The translations under genes were made by a program, and so were the position numbers. Below, piece after piece: positions 40,611 through 51,941 of a DNA stretch of 64,000 nucleotides; position 1 is the stretch's first letter; each line of letters starts with the position of its first letter. Where the stretch lies: contig MU004231.1 of NCBI GenBank assembly GCA_010405405.1, positions 794,153-858,152 on the forward strand, in the 5' to 3' direction. The DNA is from Microthyrium microscopicum. Taxonomy: Eukaryota. The notes under the pieces are model-generated. The model did not search any database. It was not told where the DNA came from and was given only the letters and a program-made list of their open reading frames with translations.

Positions 40611-41118
40611 ATTCGAGAGATGAGAGATGCAGTGCCTTAGAGGATTGGCGAGTGGTAGTAGGTTAGCAATTGATACAGGAGAACTAACGCTACTTTTCAG
40701 AAGCAAGTAGTATGATCGCAAAGAGCATTCAATGGCTCGCAAGGCGACCGGGCTATGGATGATGCATGTGCCGAAGACGGAGGTATTGTGTCCATGGATA
40801 GGTCTCCGTGAGGAGAGGCCATTGTATCACTTTACTTGGTGCATCAAGTTTTATGAATACTTGATATGCGCTCTCGAATCAATAGAAGATGTTGATTTCA
40901 ACAAGATCAAAGCCAGAGCCCGTCCATCCAAAGCTCCAAAACATTCCTTCCTAAAGAGGAAGTTGGATGAGGCTTAGCCGCCAAGCGCGCCACATTGACT
41001 GCAGGTTGCTCCAACCTCAACTCTTCGATCACATTTCCGGATACACAGCAATCTCACCTCATCCACAAGAATTTCGCTTTGCAAATCGGACAATCGCCTC
41101 AGCCGAGGCTCCGCAAAC

Positions 41119-41842
41119 ATGAGCAGAGCCATTGCATCTGTCCGATCAGCGTGGTCGCGGATGCCGACTCTCTTCCACAAGGATTGGCAAAAGGCGTATA
41201 AACCCTCAAGAATGTCACCAGTACGTTATCAACTGATGCTGTGTGTCTAATAACCTAACACGAGAACCAGAAATACACTGTTCAGCCGAAAGGAGTATGG
41301 GCCGTAGTCAGCAAGCTTCTTGCGATTGACTCAACTCGATCCACCGGAATTCCGCTTAATCCTCAATTCCGCAACCCACCCCCAGGTGGTTTAGACCCCA
41401 ACACATATGACGATCCCACCACAATTCCTGCTGCGGACCTTGCCAACAACCCGTACTGGAAACGAGACGTGAGAAGGGGATATCCACAGCTTAGCACAGT
41501 GACACAAGGCGATGTTGTAGCGCTGCTGAGCGTAGGCAGCCAAGCGAAACCAAAGGAGGATGTTCTGCAGTTGGGAGATGCGGGCAAAAAGCAATTGGTG
41601 CAAGTGAAGCAAGATAGTGAGGAGAAGGGTTTGGCATCGTTTTTGCAAGGTCAAACCAGTGTGGGCTCAGTATTAACTGCGGAGGGTTTGCCCCCAATGC
41701 CGCCTTCCCTGAATCATCATCCTCACGTCCAAAAGTACGAGCTGAACTATGATCAGTCATATAAAGACCAGTAAGTCAATCGATATCGCGGAAGTTTTGT
41801 ACTGACTTGAGTTTTAGATACCCATGTAGAAACTTCCAATAG
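41119..41842 (+). CDS. Mitochondrial complex I accessory subunit, fungal 21.3-kDa (NUZM-type), 3 exons
   Basis: KYTVQPKGVW..RSTGIPLNPQFRNPPPG..PAADLANNPYWKRDVRRGYPQLS..GLPPMP..|YPCRNFQ*. Confidence 0.85.
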
Positions 41843-42144
41843 AGTCTGACAATGTATAGTTGACCATTGGGACAATCATCTTTTTATGTTTCTTTTTCTT
41901 TTTCTGTGATATATTTCTCTCTAGTAAGATATCTCTTTCTAAAATTTGCTCTAGTGTTGGATCAATCGCACCTGCCAAATTGGTTTGGTGATACCCGGAT
42001 TTGGTAGCCTCGAGGGGCAAGCGCGCCATCCTATTCTAGCCTCCAGATGTCTGCCTCCAACTTCACGCTACCCGGATTCGTGCTCCATTTTTCTCATTTC
42101 TTACAATTACGCTCCGTTGCGACTCATACACTTGGCGGCCCATT

Positions 42145-44410
42145 ATGGAGGATTACCTTGATAGTAAACAGCTCATTTCCCCTTACAACATCATTTTCAG
42201 CTGCGATATATGCCAGCGCACCGTCTCCGATATCTATCCCGATGCCACGCTGTGCGAAAGCTCTGGCGATGGCCGCCTGGAGTCGCCCTGCAAACTCTGG
42301 GTCACCGAGTGCACTCATTTAACTTGTAGTGAACATCTGGAGGGCGGTGGTAAGGCTTACCAGTCAGCTTGTTCTTCGAGGCTAATTGGCTGGACTAGGC
42401 GCACCTTTTCATGCACATGGGAGCGACCCAATGGCTGCATGTCCTCTGTGTCTTACAGAAAAGGCTGATCATACACCCAAGAAGCTGTTTTCGATATACG
42501 GACCAGGACCATTTGATCATGATCCACGACTACCTGTCGAGTGGTTCAGCACTCCGCCGATGAAGCTGGATGATGGAACGCCAAAGATGTCTGCCTTGAG
42601 AGTAGGCGATGCTCATTATCTCTTCATATTCAGCTAACAATATGATAAGTTTCAGTATCTTGCCCTGGTCCGGTACGGTGTTGCCATGCACAGTCGCCTC
42701 AACAGACTCAAAACGAGCTTCAAGTCAGTGAAGCAAGAAAACTCCAAGCTTTCAGAAGAACTGAGAGCGACAGAGCATGCGAAATTATCATTGAGCGAGG
42801 ATGTGGAAGGCTTGAAGATATTCCAAAGCAAATACTTGCACTGGAAAAAGCGGGAGCCGGAAGTCAAGCACTACCTGGGCCAGTTTACAGCATTAGCTAA
42901 GTAGGTGTCAGGGCGTGTCGATAGTCTGAGCTTGGGCTAACAGACTTTCTCCAGGGAAAATGCTCTACTGAAGTCACAATTGTCAAACCTTGGATACCAG
43001 GTCCCTCGAACGAACTGGGTTTTGAACGGCGAGCAAAAGCCTGACAGTCAACAGCCTCATGCGCGTGACTCGAATCAGGCCAATCGCGTAGATCAGCATT
43101 GGGACAGAAATGGCACGCAAAGCCATACACAACCAATTGTCTTTCCCCCAGCGAGTCGAGATTTGGATTCACATCACGAAGTGAACCAGGGATCAGCACA
43201 AAATCAAGGTCGAAAGCGAGGGCCTGAGCACTTCGAGAATGAACAGGTCTCAAAGCGTCAAGGGAAAGAAAGAGCTTCCAGCAGTGAGATCATGCCACCC
43301 CCACCGCCGCCTCGGCTGCCTCGTCCAGTGGTTGAGCGACAGGATGCATTACCGGGAACTTCTCGCCAGGATTTGCGAGCAACAGAAGGTTGTAACAGTC
43401 CCATGGGCCTGTCTTCCTATCGTGTTAGTCAAATGGACTTGTCTTCCTATCGATACAATCCGGAAACTCCAAGAGCTTCATCGCGTTTCCAACATAATCA
43501 GCCACAGTTCGTCAATCCGGAGTATCAGCAGGTCAATGGGTATGAAGACCGGAGCCCAGTGATCACTAGGGCTCCAACATCTCAGCACCAACAGCAGAGC
43601 TACCACCAAAGACCTCAAGAATACTCTATCAACGGACAAGCAACTCTCAATACAAATATTCCACCAGCCTTATCAGAGTACAGCCAGTCACAGTTTGATC
43701 ACCCTGTACGTGGGGGTGGGGACTATGAATCTGCGAATGAAAACTATCACTATCATGCCCAGCAACCCTCACCAGCTATAGGTCGCCATCACCCGTATCA
43801 GAAGGCTAGCACTAGACTACCCGGTCAGAACTATATGCCTGCTACGCCAACTGCAGCTCGCAGATCGTCAGCAATAGCTCAACACGTATCTCAGTACACT
43901 CCTGCGCGTACATCAGGAGCAGCAGGCTCTCTCAGAGTTCCAGGAATCGGTATTGAAGAGATATTTACTCCTCGTTCTCGGAGAGCAGGACCAACACTAA
44001 ACTCGCTGTCGTTCATCAACACTCCGTATACAACTCACAACCAGCCCATGAGCCGAAGTCGTCCTATGCACTCAATATACCCGGCTCCTTATTCATCGGC
44101 TCGCCTTCCAGAGAACTACTACTCTCCGACAGCCACCAGCAACATAACGCGTGTCACGCATCTCAAACCTGCTCCAGCGTATGCGACACAGCCAAGTAGT
44201 CAGGCGGAGCACACGGTGTTCTTAGAGCCATATCACCGAAATCCATTGGTTCGACCAACTGGGTCAAGACTGGGCCTGCCAACACCGGCAGACTCGTCTC
44301 GTTCGCGAGGCGCACCCCAGACCGCGATGAAAGGGCCACTTCATCGTGCAGCAAGAAGCTCTCGCGGTTTATACACTGCTTCCGGATACAAACGACGAGT
44401 AGTCCGATGA
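42145..44410 (+). CDS. RING finger + coiled-coil + long disordered tail; Zip3/RNF212-like meiotic E3 ligase candidate, 4 exons
   Basis: CDIC..LWVTECTHLTCSEH..CPLC RING split by an intron, ALR|FQYLALVRY motif, heptad-rich exon 3, S/P/Q/R-rich exon 4 (ORF 42980..44410). Confidence 0.6.
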
Positions 44411-45132
44411 CTCATAATCATGGCTTCTTCTTACTATATTTTTATCATTAGCAACTTCTTGTAAAGGCACGAGGAGGCTGGACCAAGAGGCACGGTACCG
44501 ATTCTCTTCATTGCCAAGTACTCTGATAAGCTGTAAAGGGCTCATCAGGACTTTAACAAGCATGGCTGGCCTACTCTGAGGGTTTGCTTTGGAAGACCCG
44601 GTGTCACTGCCAACCAATGTTGTGCAAGCCTGAAAAGGAGAGGACTGAACAATTACCTTGCTAGAATCGCTCTTTTTTGATGATAGTACCGCCGACTCAG
44701 GTCTTGAAGACGTTTTATTCTAAGGCAGAATCAAATCTAGCTAATATACTCTCCATGATTAGAACGTGATTAAGCATGAGCGGAATAGAGGAGAACGACA
44801 GCCTATTCTTCAACTATACAATCTGCTCGTACATTCAAGACTGCTCGTCATCATTCAAACCCAATAGCAATTACCATTTACATGTCGGCAAAGCATACGG
44901 AGTTTTAGTATGCACTTGTCGAAACTATTTGTGGTCTAGTTGTTTCAAAGGCACGACTACATGTTGAAGCAACGTTGACATAACAGTTCATTGACTTTTA
45001 CGAACTACAGATCGAAAGAGCACCTTGGTTCAATGTTCGATCTGACTCTAATCTATAGTGTAAGTCCAGAAAAGGCACCAATAACCTGACATTCAGTCTA
45101 CTCCTTGCTTTTGTACCGACTCTCTATATTCT

Positions 45133-46078
45133 CTACCATCCGCGACCTCGGTAACCTCCTCTACCACGGCCATAGCCGCCTCGACCTCTTCTATCGGATG
45201 GATTTGATTCAGTGACAGACTGGCCTCTGCCAGCTTGGCTCAGCACAGGCGCAGAGTTGTCATTGCCATAATGATTGACCACGACAGAGTGATTCTCTCT
45301 ACCGCTTTGGTTGATCACGATTGAGTGGTTTCCTCTACCGCCTAGGTTGATCACAGGTGAACAACTTCCTCGCGTGGGCTGATTGACCACAGAAGCATAG
45401 CTTCTACGGGTGGACTGGCCAGCTACAGCTGCATAGATTCCCCGTAGGGACTGGTTGGTCGCAGGAGTATGACCTCCTTGAGTTGGTTGATTCGGAACCT
45501 GTGGTTGCGTAGGACGGGTTTCCACCACCGGCGTCATGGGTGAGTGGTAGCCAGAATCGTTTCCACTGCCAGATTGCGACTGAGCAGATGGAATCGAGTG
45601 CGCAGGTTTCGTTTTCTCATCAAAGCCAGCCTGCTCCATTGGGTATTTGTTGTTCTCTTCGTCAATTAGGACGTTTGGCTGAAGCTCAAGCTGTATGGTC
45701 TTGTCAAGGAAAGCCTCTCGTGTCTTTTCTTCGTGGCGTTTTCTACTTTTTGCTTGCCACCAAAGGTCTTTCGAGCTTGGAGTCCGGAAGGTATTATAGT
45801 GACCTTCACGGTTGCTCAACCGGCCAACACAACCCTTGATCGAATGTCTTTCCCGAGTTTGTAAGCGTTTTGATGGGTATTGTCTTTTTTTCCGTTGTTG
45901 CTTGCTTTTTGACTTGGGAAAGCTTGATATTGCTCGTTCCAATATATATGGGTCTTGTTCATTGCCTTTTAGCTACGCTAATGGGCTATGCACACGCTAC
46001 TCTATCTGAGAAGCTCGTTCCATTAAGAGTATTGATTAGCAATTGAGACATGGTCATTTGCGAGCAACGAACACAATA
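45133..46078 (-). pseudogene. 5'-truncated, disrupted tandem duplicate of the C-terminal half of the neighbouring exonuclease gene
   Basis: Three homologous pieces on the minus strand: LCSLLANDHVSIANQYS*WNE (vs LCPILATDHISIANQHEYFGE), KASNNGKKD..QNAYKLGKDIRSR (vs KASEKGKNG..QHARKLEEHIRLR), and after a frameshift at ~45834 GCVGRL..HYNTF..RHEEKTREAFLDK (vs GGVGKL..EYTTF..RQEEKAREDYLQK). Both copies end GRGW*. Confidence 0.75.
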
Positions 46079-46145
46079 TTCCCTTCGGATCAGCCATCGA
46101 TGATCTTTGTCTCTACCACCAACGATCTCAATCTTGGTATCTTCT

Positions 46146-47987
46146 CTACCATCCACGTCCTCGGCCTCCTCCGCCAGTACGACCAGGATTGCCAAGACTA
46201 CGCTGGCCACCACGACCACCACGACCGCCTCTAGTGTCCTGACCTTGGCCAGTGAACGAGTGGCCTCTACCAGGTTGGCCTGCCACTGCCGAGTAGCTTC
46301 CTCTACCAGACTGAGTGGGCATAGCTGCAGAGTGACCACTTCCAAAGTTGTCGACGACAACCGAGTGATTGCCAGTAACCACCATCGAGTTGACTACTCG
46401 ACCATAATGGTTCATCACAGCTAAATTGTTTCCGTGAGTCGATCGAATGGCCACGGAAGCCCAACTTTCTACAGCAGGTTGTTGAATCGCCGAAGAGTAG
46501 GCTGTTCGATTCGGGTAGTTTGTAGTGCCTCTACCTCTACCACTGGACGACATATTGGTAGGAGCCTGGGAACTTGGAAGTGCAGGGAATTTCGACTCCG
46601 ATTCGACTAGAGTTGCTTCAGTTATAGGCTTGGAGGGTGACTGGTAGCCGTAGTCGCCAGAGTCGGATCCATGCCAAGAGCCATTGTCTGATTCAGTGGA
46701 TGATTTCGCACGGGCGGTTTGTGGCTTCTTGTTGGGAACAGCCTGCTTGCTAATAGCTTTCTCGCTTTCTCGCTCAGTAAGGCCGGCTGAGTGAAGAATG
46801 ATCTGTGAGGCTTTTTGAAGATAGTCCTCTCGTGCCTTCTCTTCCTGGCGTTCTTGGCTCTCCTGCCGTCGAAGGTCCGTAAATCGCAGAGGTGGGAAGG
46901 TTGTGTACTCGCCCATCACGCGCAGCTTGCCGACACCACCTCTCAGTCGAATGTGTTCCTCCAGCTTGCGTGCATGTTGAAGGTCGCCGTTCTTTCCCTT
47001 CTCGCTAGCTTTGTAAACCAATAAGGCTTCAAATCGCTCACCGAAGTATTCATGCTGGTTGGCAATTGATATGTGATCTGTCGCGAGTATTGGACACAGG
47101 GAGGTGTGATGGGTATGGACAGAATGGCATCGACCGCAAATGACGGCGGCTCCACAATCGTCGTGCGTGAAAGTATTGCACATACGGCAATGTTTATGGG
47201 AACCGATGATGGTGCGAAATGGTTTGTTGCGTGAGGCCTTTCTCAATTGGCGGACTATTTGGTCAGCATTCGCGATCGATCCAATTCCAAGCTTCTGACG
47301 ATAAGAAATCAGGGCGCCGCAGAGAAGATGTAGGAAAGCGTCGTTTCCTGCGTTATGCATGTGCTTTACGAGATCTCCCGATATTCCCAGGGCATCCAAG
47401 ACGTTTACAAGTCCAGTGGTCTTGAGTTCCCCAGCTAGAAACCGAACAGCCTCTTGCTGGTTTTCGATTCGATTGCGTTGAAGAAGAACTTCCTCCAGGT
47501 GGTATCCAACGGAGTGGAATTTCTTTTCCTCATTGAGTCCGCCATGACCGTAAAAGATGATCTCACGGTTGGCAGTTGCCGCCGAGTCTCCCAGAAGGGT
47601 CGTCAACGCCTCTTTGAGCAAAGACAGAGGCAAGTACTGGGTCTTGCCGTACTCGAAATTATACGACTGGTCGTAGTCAATTCCTTTCATTCGAGCGAAC
47701 CATTTCTGATTGGTACGACGCATTCGATGGTCCGAGATGCGGAAGTGTAGTACCTCAATACAGGATATAGCTTCTGCGAGACTAGGAGGATTGCTCTTGA
47801 GTTTGTTGGTATCTAGTATTGACAAGCCGACTTCAGTTAAGTAGTCTCCGGTTGAAAGCTTTGCCCCGGTCACCCAGCCTTCTGTATCGAATGAGATTAG
47901 CAGAGGACCGTCATCCTTTGGCGACTTGAACAAGTGTTTAGTGAGTAGTTCTATTCCACGAAGTCCGGAATCGGTGCTGGAGGACAT
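46146..47987 (-). CDS. Intronless 613-aa DEDDh-type 3'-5' exonuclease (QIP / Gfd2-YDR514C-like) with Cys/His clusters and RGG-rich C-terminus
   Basis: LLISFDTEG, TEVGLSILDT, HFRI, FEYGKTQ, IFYGHG, LVNVLDALGI..HNAGNDA; CRMCNTFTHDDC and CGRCHSVHTHHTSLC; tail RGGRGGRGG..GRGRGW. Confidence 0.8.
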   Translation of the reverse strand: MSSSTDSGLRGIELLTKHLFKSPKDDGPLLISFDTEGWVTGAKLSTGDYLTEVGLSILDTNKLKSNPPSLAEAISCIEVLHFRISDHRMRRTNQKWFARMKGIDYDQSYNFEYGKTQYLPLSLLKEALTTLLGDSAATANREIIFYGHGGLNEEKKFHSVGYHLEEVLLQRNRIENQQEAVRFLAGELKTTGLVNVLDALGISGDLVKHMHNAGNDAFLHLLCGALISYRQKLGIGSIANADQIVRQLRKASRNKPFRTIIGSHKHCRMCNTFTHDDCGAAVICGRCHSVHTHHTSLCPILATDHISIANQHEYFGERFEALLVYKASEKGKNGDLQHARKLEEHIRLRGGVGKLRVMGEYTTFPPLRFTDLRRQESQERQEEKAREDYLQKASQIILHSAGLTERESEKAISKQAVPNKKPQTARAKSSTESDNGSWHGSDSGDYGYQSPSKPITEATLVESESKFPALPSSQAPTNMSSSGRGRGTTNYPNRTAYSSAIQQPAVESWASVAIRSTHGNNLAVMNHYGRVVNSMVVTGNHSVVVDNFGSGHSAAMPTQSGRGSYSAVAGQPGRGHSFTGQGQDTRGGRGGRGGQRSLGNPGRTGGGGRGRGW

Positions 47988-50306
47988 TTTTGCTATTCTG
48001 AACGTGATGCTGGAGAAACAGTGGACGTCGAAGTGGTTGAAGATATTCCGACGACAGAGTCTCCAAGCGAATCTGATAAAAGGAAGAGGTGGAGGATTGC
48101 GACGTTCAAGATCGTAATGAAGGACAACAAGGCGTTGGAGAATGAGTAAAACTTATAGAAAGGTAGGTAGAGAGTTTGTTGTGCTGGGTTTGATAGTTGG
48201 AGACCGCAGATGGTGAGAGCCGGAAGTTGGTGGAAGGGAATAAGTTAAGCAATCGAACATTGGGGATAGATTATATAGCCATGATATCTAGCCATTGCCG
48301 GTGAAGATGAACATAGTTATCAATGTTTAGAGGTAGCAATGGCTCGTTGAGGCAGCTCAGCGCCATGAGGCAGACCTCAAATCGACCTCAGCATGCCGGT
48401 CACTGTACAACTACACCTTGCTCAATACTCCGGTGACTGGGACAGATCGCAACAGGTAAGTGCGGTGAATAGGCTTGTAGGATTTCTCGTATAGCGGCAC
48501 ATTATAGCAGTTTTGAGGTATCTTAGCGCCGAAGCGCTCTGATCTCCGCCAACTAGGACATATCAAAATGAGCAAGTGCGACAATCGTAGCTTAAAGTTG
48601 TCCATACAATCACGCATTACTGAAAAGTTGAGGTCGATTAGCTTCTAAGTGCTCAAGGGTGCAGTGACTGTGACATATTAGATAGGCCAAAGTGCGGCCC
48701 ATACGCATCCGAGGTGCGCTTTGAGGTGAACATATCACGCTCCCAAAAGGCTGAAGGCTGAAATGCAATGCGAGCTGTAAAATCGTTCCAATGGGACGTC
48801 AAAAGGACGATATGAGCTTAAGCACAACATGGCAGAACTGGGGAGAAAGGACCCAAATCGAGCAAATCGTGCTAGAAGAAGACAGGTTTTTGATGGAAGC
48901 TGCTTGCGTTGGCTCTGAAGACGGAGAGCTGTGGTGGCACAAAATATTAAGTAAAGACTCCTAGTCTTATGAAGAACTTGCGAGGTTTATAGAGAACAAT
49001 TGGAAACGAGCTTGTTGATTGTGGCTTCATCTGAGTATTTGCCGGCATCGGCTTGTGGATCATGATTGTGAGAGGATAGCAAACCTGCGTTATTCAATTC
49101 TTACAATTTGACCGATCAGCTCTACGTTATGAAGAGCAATGAAAACCACGTTTGCCGAAGACAAATATAAGAGATTGTGGATCATATTACGAGGCAAGAC
49201 CTTTTCGATAGACTTTTAATCAATATCATCACGCTTGACAAACAAAGTCCTGATGATATCAAGTGACTTCGCAATAAACCACTACAGAATGAATGATCCC
49301 ATCGCAAGGCTAATTTAAAGTACCGCGTACCAAAAAGTCGAGAAAATGTTCTAAAGGGGCCTCAAGTAGCCCCTGAATTGTCAACAAACCAGTCTGCCAG
49401 CTTGACGAAAGACAACGATTACTGAGACTCCAATTTGAATTATGACAGTCGAACTCAGAGAAGGTACTGATTAAATCACAATTGACCTATTCGTAAGAGT
49501 GCCACAATTTGTGCTGTGCCTACCGGTATATCGTTCTACGCGAATTAAGCAAGATTGAAGAAACACTTTCCAAGCTCTATTCTCAGTCAATTGTACACAT
49601 GCTACGACTTTGATCACTAAGATCAAAATACTCTTTCATCAAGAATGATGGGTAACTCGGTAAACGAAAGTCGCCAAACGGCTTTGATGCATCTCTGCAA
49701 ATATGCTATTGATATATTCCACATTTCACAAATGAAGTTCCAAGTTCCCTGAAGTTTCTTGATGACAGTTCAAACTGATTTCACACACAAGGAAATGCCA
49801 TTTCCCTTATCTGCATTTGGCATGCAGTTATGGTATTTACTCCAACTAGATCATTCATAAATCAGGCTGAAGTAGAACAGAAAAGAAATACGAATACAAA
49901 GTAGTCTCACGTAGCATAGAAAATCAGAAAGGGGCAGGCCAGTCACGCCAGTGTAAGGAATCGGTCACTATTGACCCAGAGACTGTCAGCGATACGATTC
50001 CTAAACATCAATCGAATCCCAAATTATGTGTCCATACTACTCTCCAAAATGAAAGATAACGGAAGTATCGGATTGACATTTGCCTCCAAGTCTGCAAGTC
50101 CCTTCCAGAAAAGCATTAAAATGATGACGGCTTCTAACGGCCTTCTAGAAACCATCTAGAAAGACGCTAGAAGGGTGAGCGCACGAGCACTTTTGCGGCT
50201 GATCGGTTGACAACGGTGATCTTGCCAAAAAAGACATGAATATGTGGTTGCTTCCTCGGGGTAAGATCCAATCAGAGTTAGTTGCATCCTAATTTTATAA
50301 AACATA

Positions 50307-51941
50307 CCTATGTGGCGACATAAGTCTAGCACGTCCGTGCATTAACTACATCAACATATCTAATCTTTAAATAGTAATAAATAATTTAATTTATATTATA
50401 TCTTTAAATTAATTGTTATAGGGTAGTAAGGAATTTTAAGACCTATAAGCTAGTCTTTTAAAATATCTAATATTTATCTATTTGCGTGCTTTCTTATTAA
50501 AGTATTTATTATTTTGCTAGATTTGCTTTATCTTTGCTTTAGCTTTAAGTTAAATAGCTCTTATAGTACTTTAAATTAAAAGTTAATATTATTTAATAAT
50601 GTTCTTTTAATCTTTATAAAGCGTTTTAATTAAGTATAGATTAGGGGAATTAGCTAGTGTGTCTAAAAAAATAATTTTTTAATTAAATATCTAATTAAAT
50701 AAAAGCTACTATACCTTATAGTAAATACTAACGTTATCCTCTACTAAAAGTACCTATTTACCTAGATTTAAACGTTAAACTTTATTATAAAAAGGAAATA
50801 ATTCTTTCTAATAAGCGTTAAAGGTATACTAAATGAAATTAAGGTCTTCTTTCTTATAATCTTAATCTAGCTTCTTATATTTAAAGAGACGTTTAGGTAT
50901 AAGTAGGTATTTTTAACCCTTCTTAATTCTTCGTAAAATTAATTAGTTCTTCCTTTAAATCTTATCGTTTTTAGCCTAAAATTCTATATATTTAGAGGTT
51001 CTAATGATTAAATAGTTAGCTTGCTTTAAATTAATAATATTCTTTAATTTTAGGACCTAATTCTTCTATATCTCTATTAAATATAAAGTATTTATCTCTT
51101 CTTCTTAATTCTAAATAATATAAGGCTGTTTAACGTACGTATCTAAATAAGTAATATCTTATTATATCTTTTTAAACTATAGATCTAACTCTTTGTTCTA
51201 ATAACGATCTTTACTTTTTAGTACGTTTATACTACTTAGTTTACTTTCTTTAAAGTTAATCGTTATCTTATTATATCTAATTATAACTATATTAAGAAAA
51301 AGGTCTAAAATCTTATAAATATATTACTTTTAGTCGTTAAGATTAAGTTTATAAAGACTAAGCTTCTATATAGCTTTTTTGCATATAATTAGCTAAGAAT
51401 TAATTCTGTCTCTTTTATAATAAGCCTTAGAACGTAGAATATTACGTAACTATTTACTATAAAGTTCTATAAGTTCTTAAAGTAGAATTCTAGCTTTATT
51501 TAATCTTAGATAATAAGCTTCTTAATAAACTAAATTATAAGTATCTTAAGGACTCTCTTACTTATATTTCTCCCTTATAGACTCTTAAATTTGCTAAGAT
51601 AATATAGATCTAGGCTTAACTCATCTTAGTCTACCTTTTCTAAAGGTAGAATCTACGTGTTGTAGAAGGACGTTAATAGATATAGAATTAGCTTATTATT
51701 AAGTTTAATAATAGAGCTTAAGGATAGCGTTTAGAGTTATATTACTAATTTTAGCTATAATTTTGCTAAAAGTTAGCCTATTATAGAATTAATATTAAAT
51801 TATAAGTATATGCTTATCGTAAGGAATTTTAGGTATTTTTAGTAGAGTTATTAATGTTTAATTATCTTAGGGATTTTAGTGTTGTCTATCTAAAGAGTGC
51901 TTGGCATGCACGGACGTGCTAGACTTATGCCGCCGCACAGG
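50307..51941 (-). mobile_element. Tc1/mariner-superfamily DNA transposon (1.6 kb), RIP-inactivated, TA TSD
   Basis: TIRs CCT[A/G]TG[T/C]GGCG[A/G]CATAAGTCTAGCACGTCCGTGCAT at both ends, flanked by TA (50305-50306, 51942-51943). Minus strand retains LLVEDNVSIY (= EDNAxxH) and LANSPNLYLIKT (= PANSPDLxPIE). Confidence 0.9.

Noticed and set aside
45133..45942. 269-aa ORF taken at face value as an independent gene
   Set aside because: It starts at TTG and its first ~35 codons are out of frame with the paralogue-homologous sequence; better explained as a disrupted duplicate.
48400..50300. Possible decayed gene between the exonuclease and the Tc1 element
   Set aside because: Only short protein-like stretches broken by stops; no family assignable without a search.
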